IMG/VR virus record: IMGVR_UViG_3300046780_000286
Location: 1 to 52,047 of that record
Strand: one strand, 5' to 3'
Source: a virus
Taxonomy: Duplodnaviria; Caudoviricetes
Length of the DNA stretch: 52,047 bases
Shown here: piece by piece, positions 17,493 to 27,057 of the stretch
Layout of the letters: each line of letters opens with the position of its first letter
How positions within the stretch are numbered: position 1 is the first letter of the stretch
Notes under the pieces: model-generated
Told to the model about the DNA's origin: nothing
What the model saw: only the letters and a program-made list of their open reading frames with translations
Database searches by the model: none
Position numbers and translations under genes: made by a program

Positions 17493-17843
17493 TTAGAGGG
17501 AAATTCGCTGAGTAATTTCTTTCAACTTACAGTCAATACTTTTGATACTTTTGTAGACGTTGAACAGCTTGATAGAAATATTGCACCCGATAGGTTCTGG
17601 TGTTAAAGGAATGCTATCAGGAGGTGAGGGAATAGTAAGCGCTGGACCAAGCTTATCGCACAGATGCTCTAGTTTTTCGGCTAGAAAATTCATCTCGTTC
17701 TCTAGGATACCTAGCAACTCTGTTACTCGCATCTCGGCATTGATTGGCTTACTTTCTGCCAAGGAGTTTACAAGCTTTGTAGTATCTTGATAGGGATAAT
17801 AGGGTGCATTTTGCCCACCAAGTTTAGCAGAAATGTTACTCAT
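17493..17843 (-). CDS. Hypothetical coiled-coil protein
   Basis: 116 aa, ATGA-coupled to groES. Confidence 0.6.
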   Translation of the reverse strand: MSNISAKLGGQNAPYYPYQDTTKLVNSLAESKPINAEMRVTELLGILENEMNFLAEKLEHLCDKLGPALTIPSPPDSIPLTPEPIGCNISIKLFNVYKSIKSIDCKLKEITQRISL

Positions 17844-18136
17844 TTCTTAATCCTCCGCATCACCGCAAAGATTTCTTCTTCCTTAAGAACCCTATGAAGC
17901 ACAGAGCCAACCATAAACGGTGTCCCGGCATGAACGCTATGGATCACTCGATCCCCTACGCAAGCATGATACGGACCGTCTGCGGTTCCAAGTTCGACAA
18001 CTTCTGATTCAAGTTGCGCGACGCGTTGCTCTACGGAATCGGGAATTAGGATCAGTCCGACGTGTTTAGCCTTAGGCGTATCCTTAACTAGATACTTTTT
18101 ACCGGCTGCAAATACTTCAAATCCTTCGTGTTTCAT
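17840..18136 (-). CDS. groES: Co-chaperonin GroES (Cpn10)-like protein
   Basis: GLILIPDS mobile loop, EVVELG, VGDRVI...AGT, VLKEEEIFAV. Confidence 0.85.
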   Translation of the reverse strand: MKHEGFEVFAAGKKYLVKDTPKAKHVGLILIPDSVEQRVAQLESEVVELGTADGPYHACVGDRVIHSVHAGTPFMVGSVLHRVLKEEEIFAVMRRIKK

Positions 18137-18142
18137 TTTTTG

Positions 18143-18847
18143 TTATTGCGTTGTTGTTTTTTGTGTGCTGTTCTTATCAATAACCTTCAAAACTTCTGCA
18201 AGGTCATTAGGAATAACCTGGTCCTTGAACCAACCCATAGGGGTTTTTGCCGAGCAGATGCCGTCGGTGTTAGTGATAAAATTGTAAGTCATTCCGGTCG
18301 CCGGCGCGGGAGCTTTCTTGACCGAGGTGTAGAAGACACAGAGGAATTCCTTCTCGACCTTTCCTTCCCATTCTTTTCCATGCACGAAGAGTCGACGCGC
18401 TGTGGTTTCGCCGCCGGATTCTGAGGAAATCTTAAGGGTTTCTGGAATCCCTGTAACGATGAAAATCTGTTCAGTTGAGCGAAGAGAATTCAATAAGTCT
18501 CGCACTCCTGCCGAGTATGCTTTGTAGATGTCGTAGCCTTTGTATGCGGCGGAACATTCAGCGAGATTGTGCTCGAAGAATTTTGTAATAGAATCAAGCA
18601 CAACGTACCTGATGGCTTTGTTCTTTTTCGCGTTGATGATGGCGCGGGCTACGTCAGTCATGGTCTTAGCCGCGACATAGTTCTCGCCCATTTTCGAGTA
18701 GTCAAATGGCAGACCTTTGCACTCGTTGTCGATGAATAGTGTTCGCGTCCAGTCGAGATTCCTCAGCGATGTGGATTTACCGGTGCCTGAGTCACCTATG
18801 ATTGCGACTAGTGGTTGAGGGAATGTTATCATATTAGCGACGTTCAA
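18143..18847 (-). CDS. AAA_24 / Sak4-like P-loop ATPase (recombination)
   Basis: IIGDSGTGKSTSLRNL, IDNE, VVLDS, SAKTPMG. Confidence 0.8.
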   Translation of the reverse strand: MNVANMITFPQPLVAIIGDSGTGKSTSLRNLDWTRTLFIDNECKGLPFDYSKMGENYVAAKTMTDVARAIINAKKNKAIRYVVLDSITKFFEHNLAECSAAYKGYDIYKAYSAGVRDLLNSLRSTEQIFIVTGIPETLKISSESGGETTARRLFVHGKEWEGKVEKEFLCVFYTSVKKAPAPATGMTYNFITNTDGICSAKTPMGWFKDQVIPNDLAEVLKVIDKNSTQKTTTQ

Positions 18848-19145
18848 TGATGCGTTTGTTTACGTAATCAGTAAGTTTGCTGGCTAAGTCTTCTACCTTC
18901 TGAAATTCCTTAATCATTTCTGTGAAGTCATAGCTGTAAAACGTAGGTCTTTTCACGTCCAGGGCATCTCGCTGGCAAGCGTGACAGAAATGCATGTCAA
19001 TCTCGAAACCATCGCCATCTATATTAGTGCTGATATTTATTCCTTTGTAGCCAGAATAGAATTGCTTCGTAGGCAAAGTAATAATTCCTCTTAACGGTTC
19101 TTTCTCACATTCTTTTTGGCACTTGTCACAAAATGTCTTAGTCAT
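18834..19145 (-). CDS. Hypothetical Zn-finger protein
   Basis: CDKC...CHAC, 103 aa. Confidence 0.65.
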   Translation of the reverse strand: MTKTFCDKCQKECEKEPLRGIITLPTKQFYSGYKGINISTNIDGDGFEIDMHFCHACQRDALDVKRPTFYSYDFTEMIKEFQKVEDLASKLTDYVNKRIIERR

Positions 19146-19150
19146 TGTTG

Positions 19151-20068
19151 TTATTTTTCAGTTGTATTTTTTCCATGCTGCCTAGGATCATGTGTCCTAG
19201 TCAGAAAGAGTTTGTCTTTAATCACATCGTACATTTCCGTACGCGCATGACAGAGAACATTGTAATCACACCTAGGACAGAGGTTCTTAATCCAGCCGTC
19301 GCGATTAGGAGATTCGTCGGAGAGAATTGGCAAGAGCATCCTTGAGAGAAGGTCCCTAAGCTCCATTTCAAAATCCGCGAAGACTTCCTCCGTGAAAGAT
19401 TTTGCGTCGCCGACTTTCCACTTTGCGGGTTTAGTCGTCAAGTGGCCTATGACAGGAGTTGAAGTAATCTTAAGCGACCTAGCCGCATCGGCCATTGTCT
19501 TATCAGAGAAGATATTATAGGCGAACTTCCACAAGACCCAAGGATAGAAGATGAACTGCACATCGTTATTGTATCCGGCAAGTGCTTCTTCGGACTTCCA
19601 TTTTTTCGTGGTCTTATAATCAAAAACTCTCAACGTATCGTTCGTAAAGGACAGATGATCCATCGTGCCGCAGACTAGAATCGTGTAGCGTTTTCCAGCA
19701 ACTACGGTTTCTAGCCACGGAACCTCGAAGTAGAATTCTTCAGCCGATTTACCGAAGATAACTGCTGGCGCTGGAAGTAGGTTCGAGGGGTATGCGGAAC
19801 AGAGTCCGACTACTAGACGCTCGTCAACAGCTGTGGACTTTGCGTAATCCGTAGCCGCTTTCAACGCACCTAGCATGTCCTCGCGTTGCTTAGAAATGAA
19901 CAGATGAACGGAGGTTCCTAGCGCGTAGGATTCGTTGATAGCTTTAGTGCGTAGTCCTTTAAGTGTGAACGAGAAAGCGGTCTGGCAAAAAGATTTCTTT
20001 AGCAACGATGCATCAACCCTAATGACGGTTGAATCTGGTGCGATAGTTTCGGTGAAGGTAAATGTCAT
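19151..20068 (-). CDS. PD-(D/E)XK exonuclease (Cas4/RecB-like)
   Basis: LGTSVH, GTMD...VFDYKT, Q...Y and C-terminal CPRCDYNVLC. Confidence 0.8.
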   Translation of the reverse strand: MTFTFTETIAPDSTVIRVDASLLKKSFCQTAFSFTLKGLRTKAINESYALGTSVHLFISKQREDMLGALKAATDYAKSTAVDERLVVGLCSAYPSNLLPAPAVIFGKSAEEFYFEVPWLETVVAGKRYTILVCGTMDHLSFTNDTLRVFDYKTTKKWKSEEALAGYNNDVQFIFYPWVLWKFAYNIFSDKTMADAARSLKITSTPVIGHLTTKPAKWKVGDAKSFTEEVFADFEMELRDLLSRMLLPILSDESPNRDGWIKNLCPRCDYNVLCHARTEMYDVIKDKLFLTRTHDPRQHGKNTTEK

Positions 20069-20073
20069 AGCTG

Positions 20074-20283
20074 TTATCGGACTCGTCGTGTTAGTTTAAC
20101 CGCATTCTTAACCGGCTCGGTTTCAATTCCCATAAGCTTCGCAAGTTTATCAGCCATTACTTCTGTGTGTGGTTTAATCCCAAGAGGTCTAGTGTAAGGG
20201 AAATAAACCGCTAGATATTCCTCCAGTTTCTTATCGGTGATCGTATCCAAAGAAGGCATTGCTAAGAGTTCTTCGATAGTCAT
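20074..20283 (-). CDS. Hypothetical protein
   Basis: 69 aa in a tightly packed operon. Confidence 0.6.
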   Translation of the reverse strand: MTIEELLAMPSLDTITDKKLEEYLAVYFPYTRPLGIKPHTEVMADKLAKLMGIETEPVKNAVKLTRRVR

Positions 20284-20480
20284 TTGGATTGGGTGAAGTA
20301 GCGATGGGCTAGGTTGAACATATCGTGTTCTTCAGCGTTTGTTCGTAGTTCTGAAAACCTCTTGCACATCTCCACAAGAAGCTCGGCTTCTCGCGCGTCA
20401 ATGAACGTGGCATAGAGTCGGCCGTCAGACCAGCGAACAGCGTGCGGATTTGTTTTATCTAGGACGAGTTTTTGTTTCAT
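20280..20480 (-). CDS. Hypothetical protein
   Basis: 66 aa with ATGA overlaps. Confidence 0.6.
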   Translation of the reverse strand: MKQKLVLDKTNPHAVRWSDGRLYATFIDAREAELLVEMCKRFSELRTNAEEHDMFNLAHRYFTQSK

Positions 20481-21130
20481 GAGTCAGTCCTTCCTGAATT
20501 CTTAAGACCGATTTCGACAGGAGACATTGCATAAGCTACGAAAACACCATTGTATCCGACAGATATGTCGCACATAAAGCTACCGGTTGAGTCAACTAGT
20601 TCTTCTAGTTCACGTTTTGAATCAGGATCAATCGACAGGATTCTGTGGAACCGAGGACGTTTGTTCTTATCGACGCCATCGTACGACGTTCGCGAGAACC
20701 ACTGGATCACATCGCCTTTGAGCTTCTCGACCTCGGCGATTTTACGTGTCGCGCTTGGCGGAATATCAGAAGGTCCCGGCGTGGTAGCATTAGAGTTTAC
20801 CGAAGCAACCAAATCGACAGCTTTCTTTCTCGCGTACCCCAGCATGAATCCACGCTCGTCGGGAGTTTTGTATAGACCGACTCGCTCGACGAGTTCTTGC
20901 TGTTCTGCTGTACCCATTTCCCTTAACCACCTCAAACCACCATTGAGTTTAGAATAGAGTGTAGTTTTTGGGCACTTGAGTCGCACGCTATCCCATTCGA
21001 GCAAGGGCTCTCCGTTAGCACGCCAAGCGGCAAGTTCTTTCCATAGACTAGCACCGTATCGTTCATCGAAGTAGGGGATTTTAGAGGGATTGTATTCCCG
21101 TGGGGATAGGGAAGATTTTGTTAGGCGCAT
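20477..21130 (-). CDS. Hypothetical protein (217 aa)
   Basis: Long ORF in the operon, no motif recognised. Confidence 0.7.
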   Translation of the reverse strand: MRLTKSSLSPREYNPSKIPYFDERYGASLWKELAAWRANGEPLLEWDSVRLKCPKTTLYSKLNGGLRWLREMGTAEQQELVERVGLYKTPDERGFMLGYARKKAVDLVASVNSNATTPGPSDIPPSATRKIAEVEKLKGDVIQWFSRTSYDGVDKNKRPRFHRILSIDPDSKRELEELVDSTGSFMCDISVGYNGVFVAYAMSPVEIGLKNSGRTDS

Positions 21131-21135
21131 AGATG

Positions 21136-21339
21136 TTAGGTGATAGAAGTTTTAACCTGCCCGACTATTACCCAATTAGTTTTTGGGCTGTGCTTGCGAG
21201 CCAATTCTAAAAGATGCACAGCTTCTGGTAATTCCTTTACTACCCCACCAAAACTATCCTGACCCATACCACCTTCTTCATTCCAAAAAGCTTCAACTGT
21301 AAAGCTTACGGTATGCTCTGTGACGATTTTAATATTCAT
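21136..21339 (-). CDS. Hypothetical protein
   Basis: 67 aa, AT-rich. Confidence 0.55.
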   Translation of the reverse strand: MNIKIVTEHTVSFTVEAFWNEEGGMGQDSFGGVVKELPEAVHLLELARKHSPKTNWVIVGQVKTSIT

Positions 21340-21393
21340 TGTTAAAACATAGAAGCATTTCTAGGACCAAAGTTCTAGAGATTTTTTAATGGG

Positions 21394-22305
21394 TTATAAG
21401 TCTCGAAGACATTCTTCTAATGACATGCCTAGTATGTAAAATCGCACTAGATACGATTCAATTCCCCTAACATTTCCTTCCTCATAACAAGCTCTCGGAA
21501 TTATCTCGTCGCCGGCTTCGACGCGTTTATCTAGGTCTTTATCAAAGACATCCTTGATCCCTAGGTTATCAGCGATCCTGCTTGCGATTGGAATGACATC
21601 GAGAGGTCTATCGCGTAGAGGAGTTGTGCGTAGAACGATCTTGTTGATTCGATGGTACAAGTCACTCCTGAACTCACCCTTCGCGATCATGTCCTTAAGG
21701 TTCTTGTTCGTGGCGAAGACGAACTTGCACTCGACCGTATACTCGGAACTGCCACCTACGGCACGAGCCTGACGAGTTTGAAGAACCCTTAGCAACTTCG
21801 TTTGTTGATTAGGCGGTAGATCACCAACCTCGTCGAAGAAAAGCGTACCAGTTCCAGCCGTTCTGAAGAGACCCTCGGTGGAGTGGTCTGCGCCAGTGAA
21901 CGCGCCTTTCGTGTGACCGAAAAGTAGAGACTCGAATAGACTATCAACAATCCCTGAACAATTCACTGCATGAAAAGAATCCTTCGTGACGATTGTAGTC
22001 CGTCCGATGATTTTCTGCTCATTGTTATTGCCATGGAAGATTCTAGCTAGGAGTTCTTTGCCTGTGCCAGTTTCGCCAAGAATTAATACGGGAAAGTCGA
22101 ACTCGCTAGCATCACGAGCGATTTCTACTACGCGCAACATGGCTGGATCGTAGGTAACGAATTCCGCGATGGCAAGTTTTTGCGGGGTCGGTGCGATCGT
22201 GATGCCTTGACGACGCGCGGCTCCGGCTAGGATGCTATTGACATCGGCGACGGTCTTAGGTGCGACAGGTGTAGTTAAAGTGTCGGCGAATTTGGTTAGT
22301 TTCAT
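21394..22305 (-). CDS. Sigma54-dependent transcriptional activator (bEBP): AAA+ domain only, no receiver domain, no HTH
   Basis: GETGTGKE, AVNC, ESLLFGHTKGAFTGA, LFFDEV, QTKLLRVLQ, ATNKNL, FRSDLYHRI, PLRDR and GNVR in order. The protein ends about 25 aa after sensor II. Confidence 0.95.
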   Translation of the reverse strand: MKLTKFADTLTTPVAPKTVADVNSILAGAARRQGITIAPTPQKLAIAEFVTYDPAMLRVVEIARDASEFDFPVLILGETGTGKELLARIFHGNNNEQKIIGRTTIVTKDSFHAVNCSGIVDSLFESLLFGHTKGAFTGADHSTEGLFRTAGTGTLFFDEVGDLPPNQQTKLLRVLQTRQARAVGGSSEYTVECKFVFATNKNLKDMIAKGEFRSDLYHRINKIVLRTTPLRDRPLDVIPIASRIADNLGIKDVFDKDLDKRVEAGDEIIPRACYEEGNVRGIESYLVRFYILGMSLEECLRDL

Positions 22306-24509
22306 TCTTCTTCCTCCTCATCAGAATCTTCGTCTGTTATGATCTCTCCGATTTCGACTGCGACTGGTTCGGACAATTTATAGTCCAAAGGTTTGAGTTT
22401 TTCTTTAGCGGCTGCGTCCGCGAGTTTAGATTCTAGGTCTAGGTCTAGGCCAGTAGAAGCCGTAAGTGACGTGAGTTTCTTTACGAGAATAGGTACAACA
22501 TGTTCAGTTACGATCGTTCCCTCGAACAAGACCATCCATTGATATGCATCTGATAAAGTATATTCTCGGTAGATGCGTCCGAATCCTTGCACGAATTCTT
22601 CGGCATAATAACACGGAAACGCGAGCATCGTCCTAGGCCTGACGGTTTCGATCTGTTGATCTAGGTCTAGTCCTGTGCCGGCTTTAGACAAGGTACCAAT
22701 GCAGAACTCCGTTCGGCCTTCTTGGAAGTTGTCGATCTCATCCTGAAGTCCTTCATCGCTCTGAGCATAAAGCTTCATGGTCTTGAGCCACTTGTCCATG
22801 TCCGCCTGTTCCTCGGCAGAACGCTCGGTCTTCATGGCGGTGTTCCAATATTTTGTGGAACGATTATACTTCGCCCGCGCTTTCTTATCGGTCCAGACGA
22901 AGTTTTCATCGGTGGAAACTTTATGATGTTGACGCATCCAGTCATAGACCGACAAGCAGTTCTCGGCTGTGATGTTTGGTTCGCCGCCGTAGATAACGCT
23001 GATACGAGAGCGATCTATACCCCTTTTTGCAAACTCCATAAGGCACATCTTGATAGTCTCCTTATAGCTGCACATGATAACTGGCGCTCGGCCTTTGCCG
23101 TGTTCGATCATCGCGAGTTCGACAACGGACTCGGCGCCTTCGCGCTCGGCGGCTTGTCGGAAATTCCCAAACGCCGTGAGACGTGCGGCCCAGTCGTCTG
23201 GCTCCTTACCATTTTTGCGGCAGAGTTCTAGCCACTTTTCTTGCGCGCGTTCGTAGCGATCCTGAGATTCTTTAGTCTTGAAGTGGATGAACTTAACGCC
23301 GTTGTAGGACTTATGTTTCCTGGGGTCAGCAGGTGGATTAACTATTGCGGAAGCTACGCGATCATAATAGGAGAAGATATTTGCGACGGTATGTTCACCC
23401 CTAACGAGTCGTGTTAGACTTCCTTCACCAACTTGCCGACCGAAGTTCGGCCAAGAGATATCATCTACGATCGAACCACCCCAAGAAAGCTGACTCGCGA
23501 GACCGAAAAGCTTGAGATCTTCGCCGATGATGGCTGGCGTGGCAGACATGAAAAGGAACTTCGTACTTGGGGAGATAAAACCTAGTGCCCTTTTAAATGC
23601 CGCTGAGCCCTTGCGTTTGAGCTTATGGCTCTCGTCGAAGATTACAAGCGCAGGTTTTCCTAGCTTGAATTTGAATGCTTGTTCTGGTTCGTTGTTATAG
23701 GGATTAACCCTAGTGTATTCGGTAAAGAGTTCTCTCATCGAGGAAGACCTCAATTCGGAATAGGTCCTAACGATGATGTCATTCTCTAGATGCTGTCCCA
23801 ATCCACAGCGTATTAGTTCGCGAGTGAACTTGATCTTCGTAGCTTTCGGTACGATACATATGACATTCCACAGCGGCATGTTCTTGCCGTTTCCGAAACC
23901 GTAATAGTCATTTTTAAGGAGATCATCAATGACTGCGGCGGCTATGATAGTCTTGCCAGTACCAGTTCCAAGTGGCAAGAGTACCGAGGAGGACTTGCGC
24001 TGGACGAAAAGAGCGTGTCGGATTTTGAACAGACATTTCTTTTGCCTAGGTTTAAGAGTCCTAGCACCTAGCTTTACTGTTCCGAGTTCATCGGATGTGG
24101 GAATTTTGACTGGTCCATCAGGCGTGTACACGACGTCGGTTTTAACGTCGAAGTTAGCAACTGGTGCAGGTTCTACGAAAGACTTCTGCGACTCTGTCAC
24201 GGCCATCTCGACAAAATGGTCGCAGAATTTGAGCACGTTTAGATAGGTGCAAGGAATAGACTTGAACGAGATAGGAACGACTACGCTGTACCTAACAGTT
24301 AGATCATCCCAGGATTTGAACCTGATATCTTTCGCGTAATTCGCTATTGCTTTTGTCCTAGCGACCGCTGCTGAGCGTGCGGCGGCGGTGTTTTGATCGT
24401 CTAACGAGAGACTAGAATGTGACGATGGCTGACTAGCCTTCTTGCTAGGCGCTACTGGAATCTTGCTAGGAATACTAGCTGACACTAGACCGCTTCGGAT
24501 TATTTTCAT
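22302..24509 (-). CDS. Superfamily 2 helicase
   Basis: GTGTGKT, DESH, SAT, GTGLDL, QGFGRIYR and an acidic tail. Confidence 0.85.
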   Translation of the reverse strand: MKIIRSGLVSASIPSKIPVAPSKKASQPSSHSSLSLDDQNTAAARSAAVARTKAIANYAKDIRFKSWDDLTVRYSVVVPISFKSIPCTYLNVLKFCDHFVEMAVTESQKSFVEPAPVANFDVKTDVVYTPDGPVKIPTSDELGTVKLGARTLKPRQKKCLFKIRHALFVQRKSSSVLLPLGTGTGKTIIAAAVIDDLLKNDYYGFGNGKNMPLWNVICIVPKATKIKFTRELIRCGLGQHLENDIIVRTYSELRSSSMRELFTEYTRVNPYNNEPEQAFKFKLGKPALVIFDESHKLKRKGSAAFKRALGFISPSTKFLFMSATPAIIGEDLKLFGLASQLSWGGSIVDDISWPNFGRQVGEGSLTRLVRGEHTVANIFSYYDRVASAIVNPPADPRKHKSYNGVKFIHFKTKESQDRYERAQEKWLELCRKNGKEPDDWAARLTAFGNFRQAAEREGAESVVELAMIEHGKGRAPVIMCSYKETIKMCLMEFAKRGIDRSRISVIYGGEPNITAENCLSVYDWMRQHHKVSTDENFVWTDKKARAKYNRSTKYWNTAMKTERSAEEQADMDKWLKTMKLYAQSDEGLQDEIDNFQEGRTEFCIGTLSKAGTGLDLDQQIETVRPRTMLAFPCYYAEEFVQGFGRIYREYTLSDAYQWMVLFEGTIVTEHVVPILVKKLTSLTASTGLDLDLESKLADAAAKEKLKPLDYKLSEPVAVEIGEIITDEDSDEEEEE

Positions 24510-25045
24510 TGTGTTACCTTATCAACTTCTGCAATAAAGAGTTTGATTTTCTCTACGTCGTACTTAGCTCTGATAGAGAACTCGATTATCTGATTGAAGA
24601 ACTGTTCTCTGTTATGCTTTCCGAATCGACGCCCTAGGCGCTCGGCACAGAGGCTTGCTTCTTCAATACAAGCTTCCTTGATTCTCAGGTCTCTGCGCCA
24701 TTCAGAATCCTCATACTTGGACAAGCGGGATTTCTCTTGCGACTCGTTCCAAGTGATCGGTGTCCAAGCTGTGTAAACTGCGAGAGCTTTTGTTATATGA
24801 GGAATAAACAACTCGACGTCACTCTGCAAGGTTTTGGAGTAAGTGAACAAATCCACTGGATAAGAGATGACTTTTATGATCGCGCCATCTTTATCCTGCG
24901 CGCGAATCTGTTCAGCTAACTCCTGCTTGATAACAGTACAGTCTGGAAGAGCAGACGTGTTTCGCATTAGCCATGCGCGCTCTAGCGCGAGGTCGTCATC
25001 AATATCTAGCAGCGCTCTGAGGTCTGTTATGGAGAGGGTTATCAT
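24506..25045 (-). CDS. Hypothetical protein
   Basis: ATG at 25045 within track ORF 24506..25078, coupled to the helicase gene. Confidence 0.65.
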   Translation of the reverse strand: MITLSITDLRALLDIDDDLALERAWLMRNTSALPDCTVIKQELAEQIRAQDKDGAIIKVISYPVDLFTYSKTLQSDVELFIPHITKALAVYTAWTPITWNESQEKSRLSKYEDSEWRRDLRIKEACIEEASLCAERLGRRFGKHNREQFFNQIIEFSIRAKYDVEKIKLFIAEVDKVTQ

Positions 25046-25218
25046 CTTGCCAGAGGTAAAGGATTCGGCCGGCACCAAAAACAGTCTGTCGTACGCTGTG
25101 GTTTAGTACAGCCCTTTTTATAACAGTAGGCAGAATTCTTCTCTCTACAACGCAGACATCTGTGTGAGTGACGCTTTCTAGGAAAGGGTCCGGTGTATTC
25201 AACGAGGAGGTTTGTCAT
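25042..25218 (-). CDS. Small Cys-rich protein
   Basis: CLRC...CYKKGC...CFWC; ATG at 25218 chosen as start. Confidence 0.5.
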   Translation of the reverse strand: MTNLLVEYTGPFPRKRHSHRCLRCREKNSAYCYKKGCTKPQRTTDCFWCRPNPLPLAR

Positions 25219-25219
25219 A

Positions 25220-25459
25220 TTATTTTTGATCTTCAATGACATCAATACGCGCGATTAGTTCGGCATCTTTAACCTGCTTTACAGTAAGTCCAATACTTCG
25301 TCCATACTCTTTCAGCTTATTCATTTCACGCGTGGTTTTCCAACGACGTTCTTGCACAAGTTTAAAAAGTCTACGAGCCTCATTGCGATGGTCAATGAGA
25401 AGCTGCAACATCTCCAATTCTAGCGCGAGGATTGCTGTGCCCTGTTTTAATGGCTTCAT
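25220..25459 (-). CDS. Hypothetical basic helical protein
   Basis: 79 aa in the operon. Confidence 0.6.
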   Translation of the reverse strand: MKPLKQGTAILALELEMLQLLIDHRNEARRLFKLVQERRWKTTREMNKLKEYGRSIGLTVKQVKDAELIARIDVIEDQK

Positions 25460-25503
25460 AAAAAAGAAAAAAGCCCTCTAGTAATGGTTAGTCACTAGAG
25501 GGC
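25460..25503 (-). terminator. Intrinsic terminator after the 217-aa gene
   Basis: Minus strand GCCCTCTAGTGAC...TTACTAGAGGGC then TTTTTTCTTTTT. Confidence 0.85.
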
Positions 25504-25542
25504 CACAGTTTGTTGCGTTTTGGTTCCTACCGTTTCGTTCCT

Positions 25543-26196
25543 TTAGGCTACGACCGTCTCAGTCTTAGCGGCCTTATCGGCAGCGACCTTCGCGGCCTTC
25601 TTCTCGCGCATGGACTTCGACTTCTGCTCCTTCGCAGCGAGCAACTCCTTCTGAAGCAGCGCAAGATCGCGCGAACGCTGGATAAGCGCCTTGCCTTCCT
25701 GCGCGAACGTGACCGAGTTCTGACCGCGCTCCTTGAGTAGAGCCTCGAAGCCGTCAGGATTGAGCAACTGCTCCTGAAGGTCAGACATGTGCTGCGTGAG
25801 CGCAGATGTGAGAGCCGCTTGCTGGGACTCAACCTCTTTCAATGAGGTCTTAGCAATAGCAACGCTAACGAACGCAGAAACAATCTTGTCCTCAAAGATC
25901 GCGCCATCCTTGGAGAAGACGATCTCGGCAACGTCGTCGAAGTAATCGCCGAAAATCTTGCTGAACAAGACCTTGCCGGAGTCGGCAGTGTGCGAGTCGG
26001 CTTCGTTCAAAACCGCCGTGAGGAAAGAACCGGCGGCGGTGTTGTCTTCGAGGATCGGCTCAAGAGTGACGTTCTCAGGAATAGTCCCGTCCTTCTTCTT
26101 GCGACCCTGCGTGATGATCTCTTCAAAGTCAAAGACGATTCCGTCAAAAGTGGCCGGAACGGTTGAGACTTCTTGATTATTGGTATCTTCTGACAT
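25543..26196 (-). CDS. Hypothetical protein with coiled-coil and K/A-rich tail, apparently monocistronic
   Basis: 217 aa with an A/C-rich leader, its own promoter motif and its own terminator. Confidence 0.8.
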   Translation of the reverse strand: MSEDTNNQEVSTVPATFDGIVFDFEEIITQGRKKKDGTIPENVTLEPILEDNTAAGSFLTAVLNEADSHTADSGKVLFSKIFGDYFDDVAEIVFSKDGAIFEDKIVSAFVSVAIAKTSLKEVESQQAALTSALTQHMSDLQEQLLNPDGFEALLKERGQNSVTFAQEGKALIQRSRDLALLQKELLAAKEQKSKSMREKKAAKVAADKAAKTETVVA

Positions 26197-26278
26197 ATAA
26201 CTAGTGTTTTATTGTTGTTGTTTTTACTGCGCAGTAACCTAAGGAGGCTACTAAAATTTGTGCTGGGGAATGTAGCTT

Positions 26279-26294
26279 AGCTGGAGGTATGCCA
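26279..26294 (-). promoter_or_regulatory. Candidate sigma54 (-24/-12) promoter
   Basis: Minus strand TGGCATACCTCCAGCT (GG-N10-GC), intergenic, about 80 nt upstream of the start at 26196. Confidence 0.55.
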
Positions 26295-26304
26295 CGTTTA
26301 TTCG

Positions 26305-26505
26305 TTAAATTAACGTGATAAACTTGTTAGCTATCCATTCTCCGGGTGAAAGATCCGATTCAAAGTTCCATTTCTCTACAGATTTCACGAATGCTCCCGT
26401 GGTCGTCTCGGAGGTAATATAACCTCGAAAAGTCTTGTTGTCGGTGAGTCGAACGAGAACGTTCTGACGAGGCGTCGGTTCGGATTTTGTGAGTGTTTCG
26501 TTCAT
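26305..26505 (-). CDS. Hypothetical protein
   Basis: ATG at 26505 within track ORF 26305..26643. Confidence 0.55.
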   Translation of the reverse strand: MNETLTKSEPTPRQNVLVRLTDNKTFRGYITSETTTGAFVKSVEKWNFESDLSPGEWIANKFITLI

Positions 26506-26507
26506 AA

Positions 26508-26711
26508 TCAATTCCCTCCCAGCAACTGTCCGCATTCTTCGTCGGTCATATACAGGTTCTCTTGTCGCAGATATTGTGCCGGCCACGCGACGGAACCAAG
26601 TTCGGAAGATTCTACGTAAACTCGTACTTGCTCGTAGACACAACGTCTAGGCTCTCCTGAGAAGAATACTGGCGGCGTGATGTAGAGCATTGAGGGTGTG
26701 GGGATGTTCAT
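26508..26711 (-). CDS. Hypothetical protein
   Basis: ATG at 26711, ATGA-coupled. Confidence 0.5.
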   Translation of the reverse strand: MNIPTPSMLYITPPVFFSGEPRRCVYEQVRVYVESSELGSVAWPAQYLRQENLYMTDEECGQLLGGN

Positions 26712-26893
26712 TTTGGAAGAGTTCCGGCGGCGAAACAAATAATAGCGAGAATGGCTAATCCAAAGCTGGTTAAAGCTAGATATTCTCGATCAATGTGAAA
26801 GTGCTCGAATAAAGTTACAAGTCCTATAATGCTTAAACCAAAAAGGAAAAGTGCTACGCAGAGGCAAGTAATGATAATTAGATAGGTTTTCAT
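26708..26893 (-). CDS. Small two-TM membrane protein
   Basis: 61 aa with two hydrophobic stretches. Confidence 0.6.
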   Translation of the reverse strand: MKTYLIIITCLCVALFLFGLSIIGLVTLFEHFHIDREYLALTSFGLAILAIICFAAGTLPK

Positions 26894-27057
26894 TTGTCCT
26901 TTTGGTCTCCAACGAAATTAATCATCATGATGAAAAAGATACCAAGGATAACAAGTAAAGTTCCTAGAATAGGAAAAGCGTCACACTTACTGATACCTGT
27001 GGAGATTTCGATTATTCCACATATTAGGTTCATGCGTTGTTTAATGTTCATAGAGTT

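Noticed and set aside
17746-17762. Minus-strand TTGGCAGAAAGTAAGC (GG-N10-GC)
   Set aside because: Intragenic with a weaker -24 element. A few such hits are expected by chance
19151-20068. Cas4 as part of a CRISPR system
   Set aside because: No repeat-spacer array or other cas genes were seen. Its context is the phage recombination module
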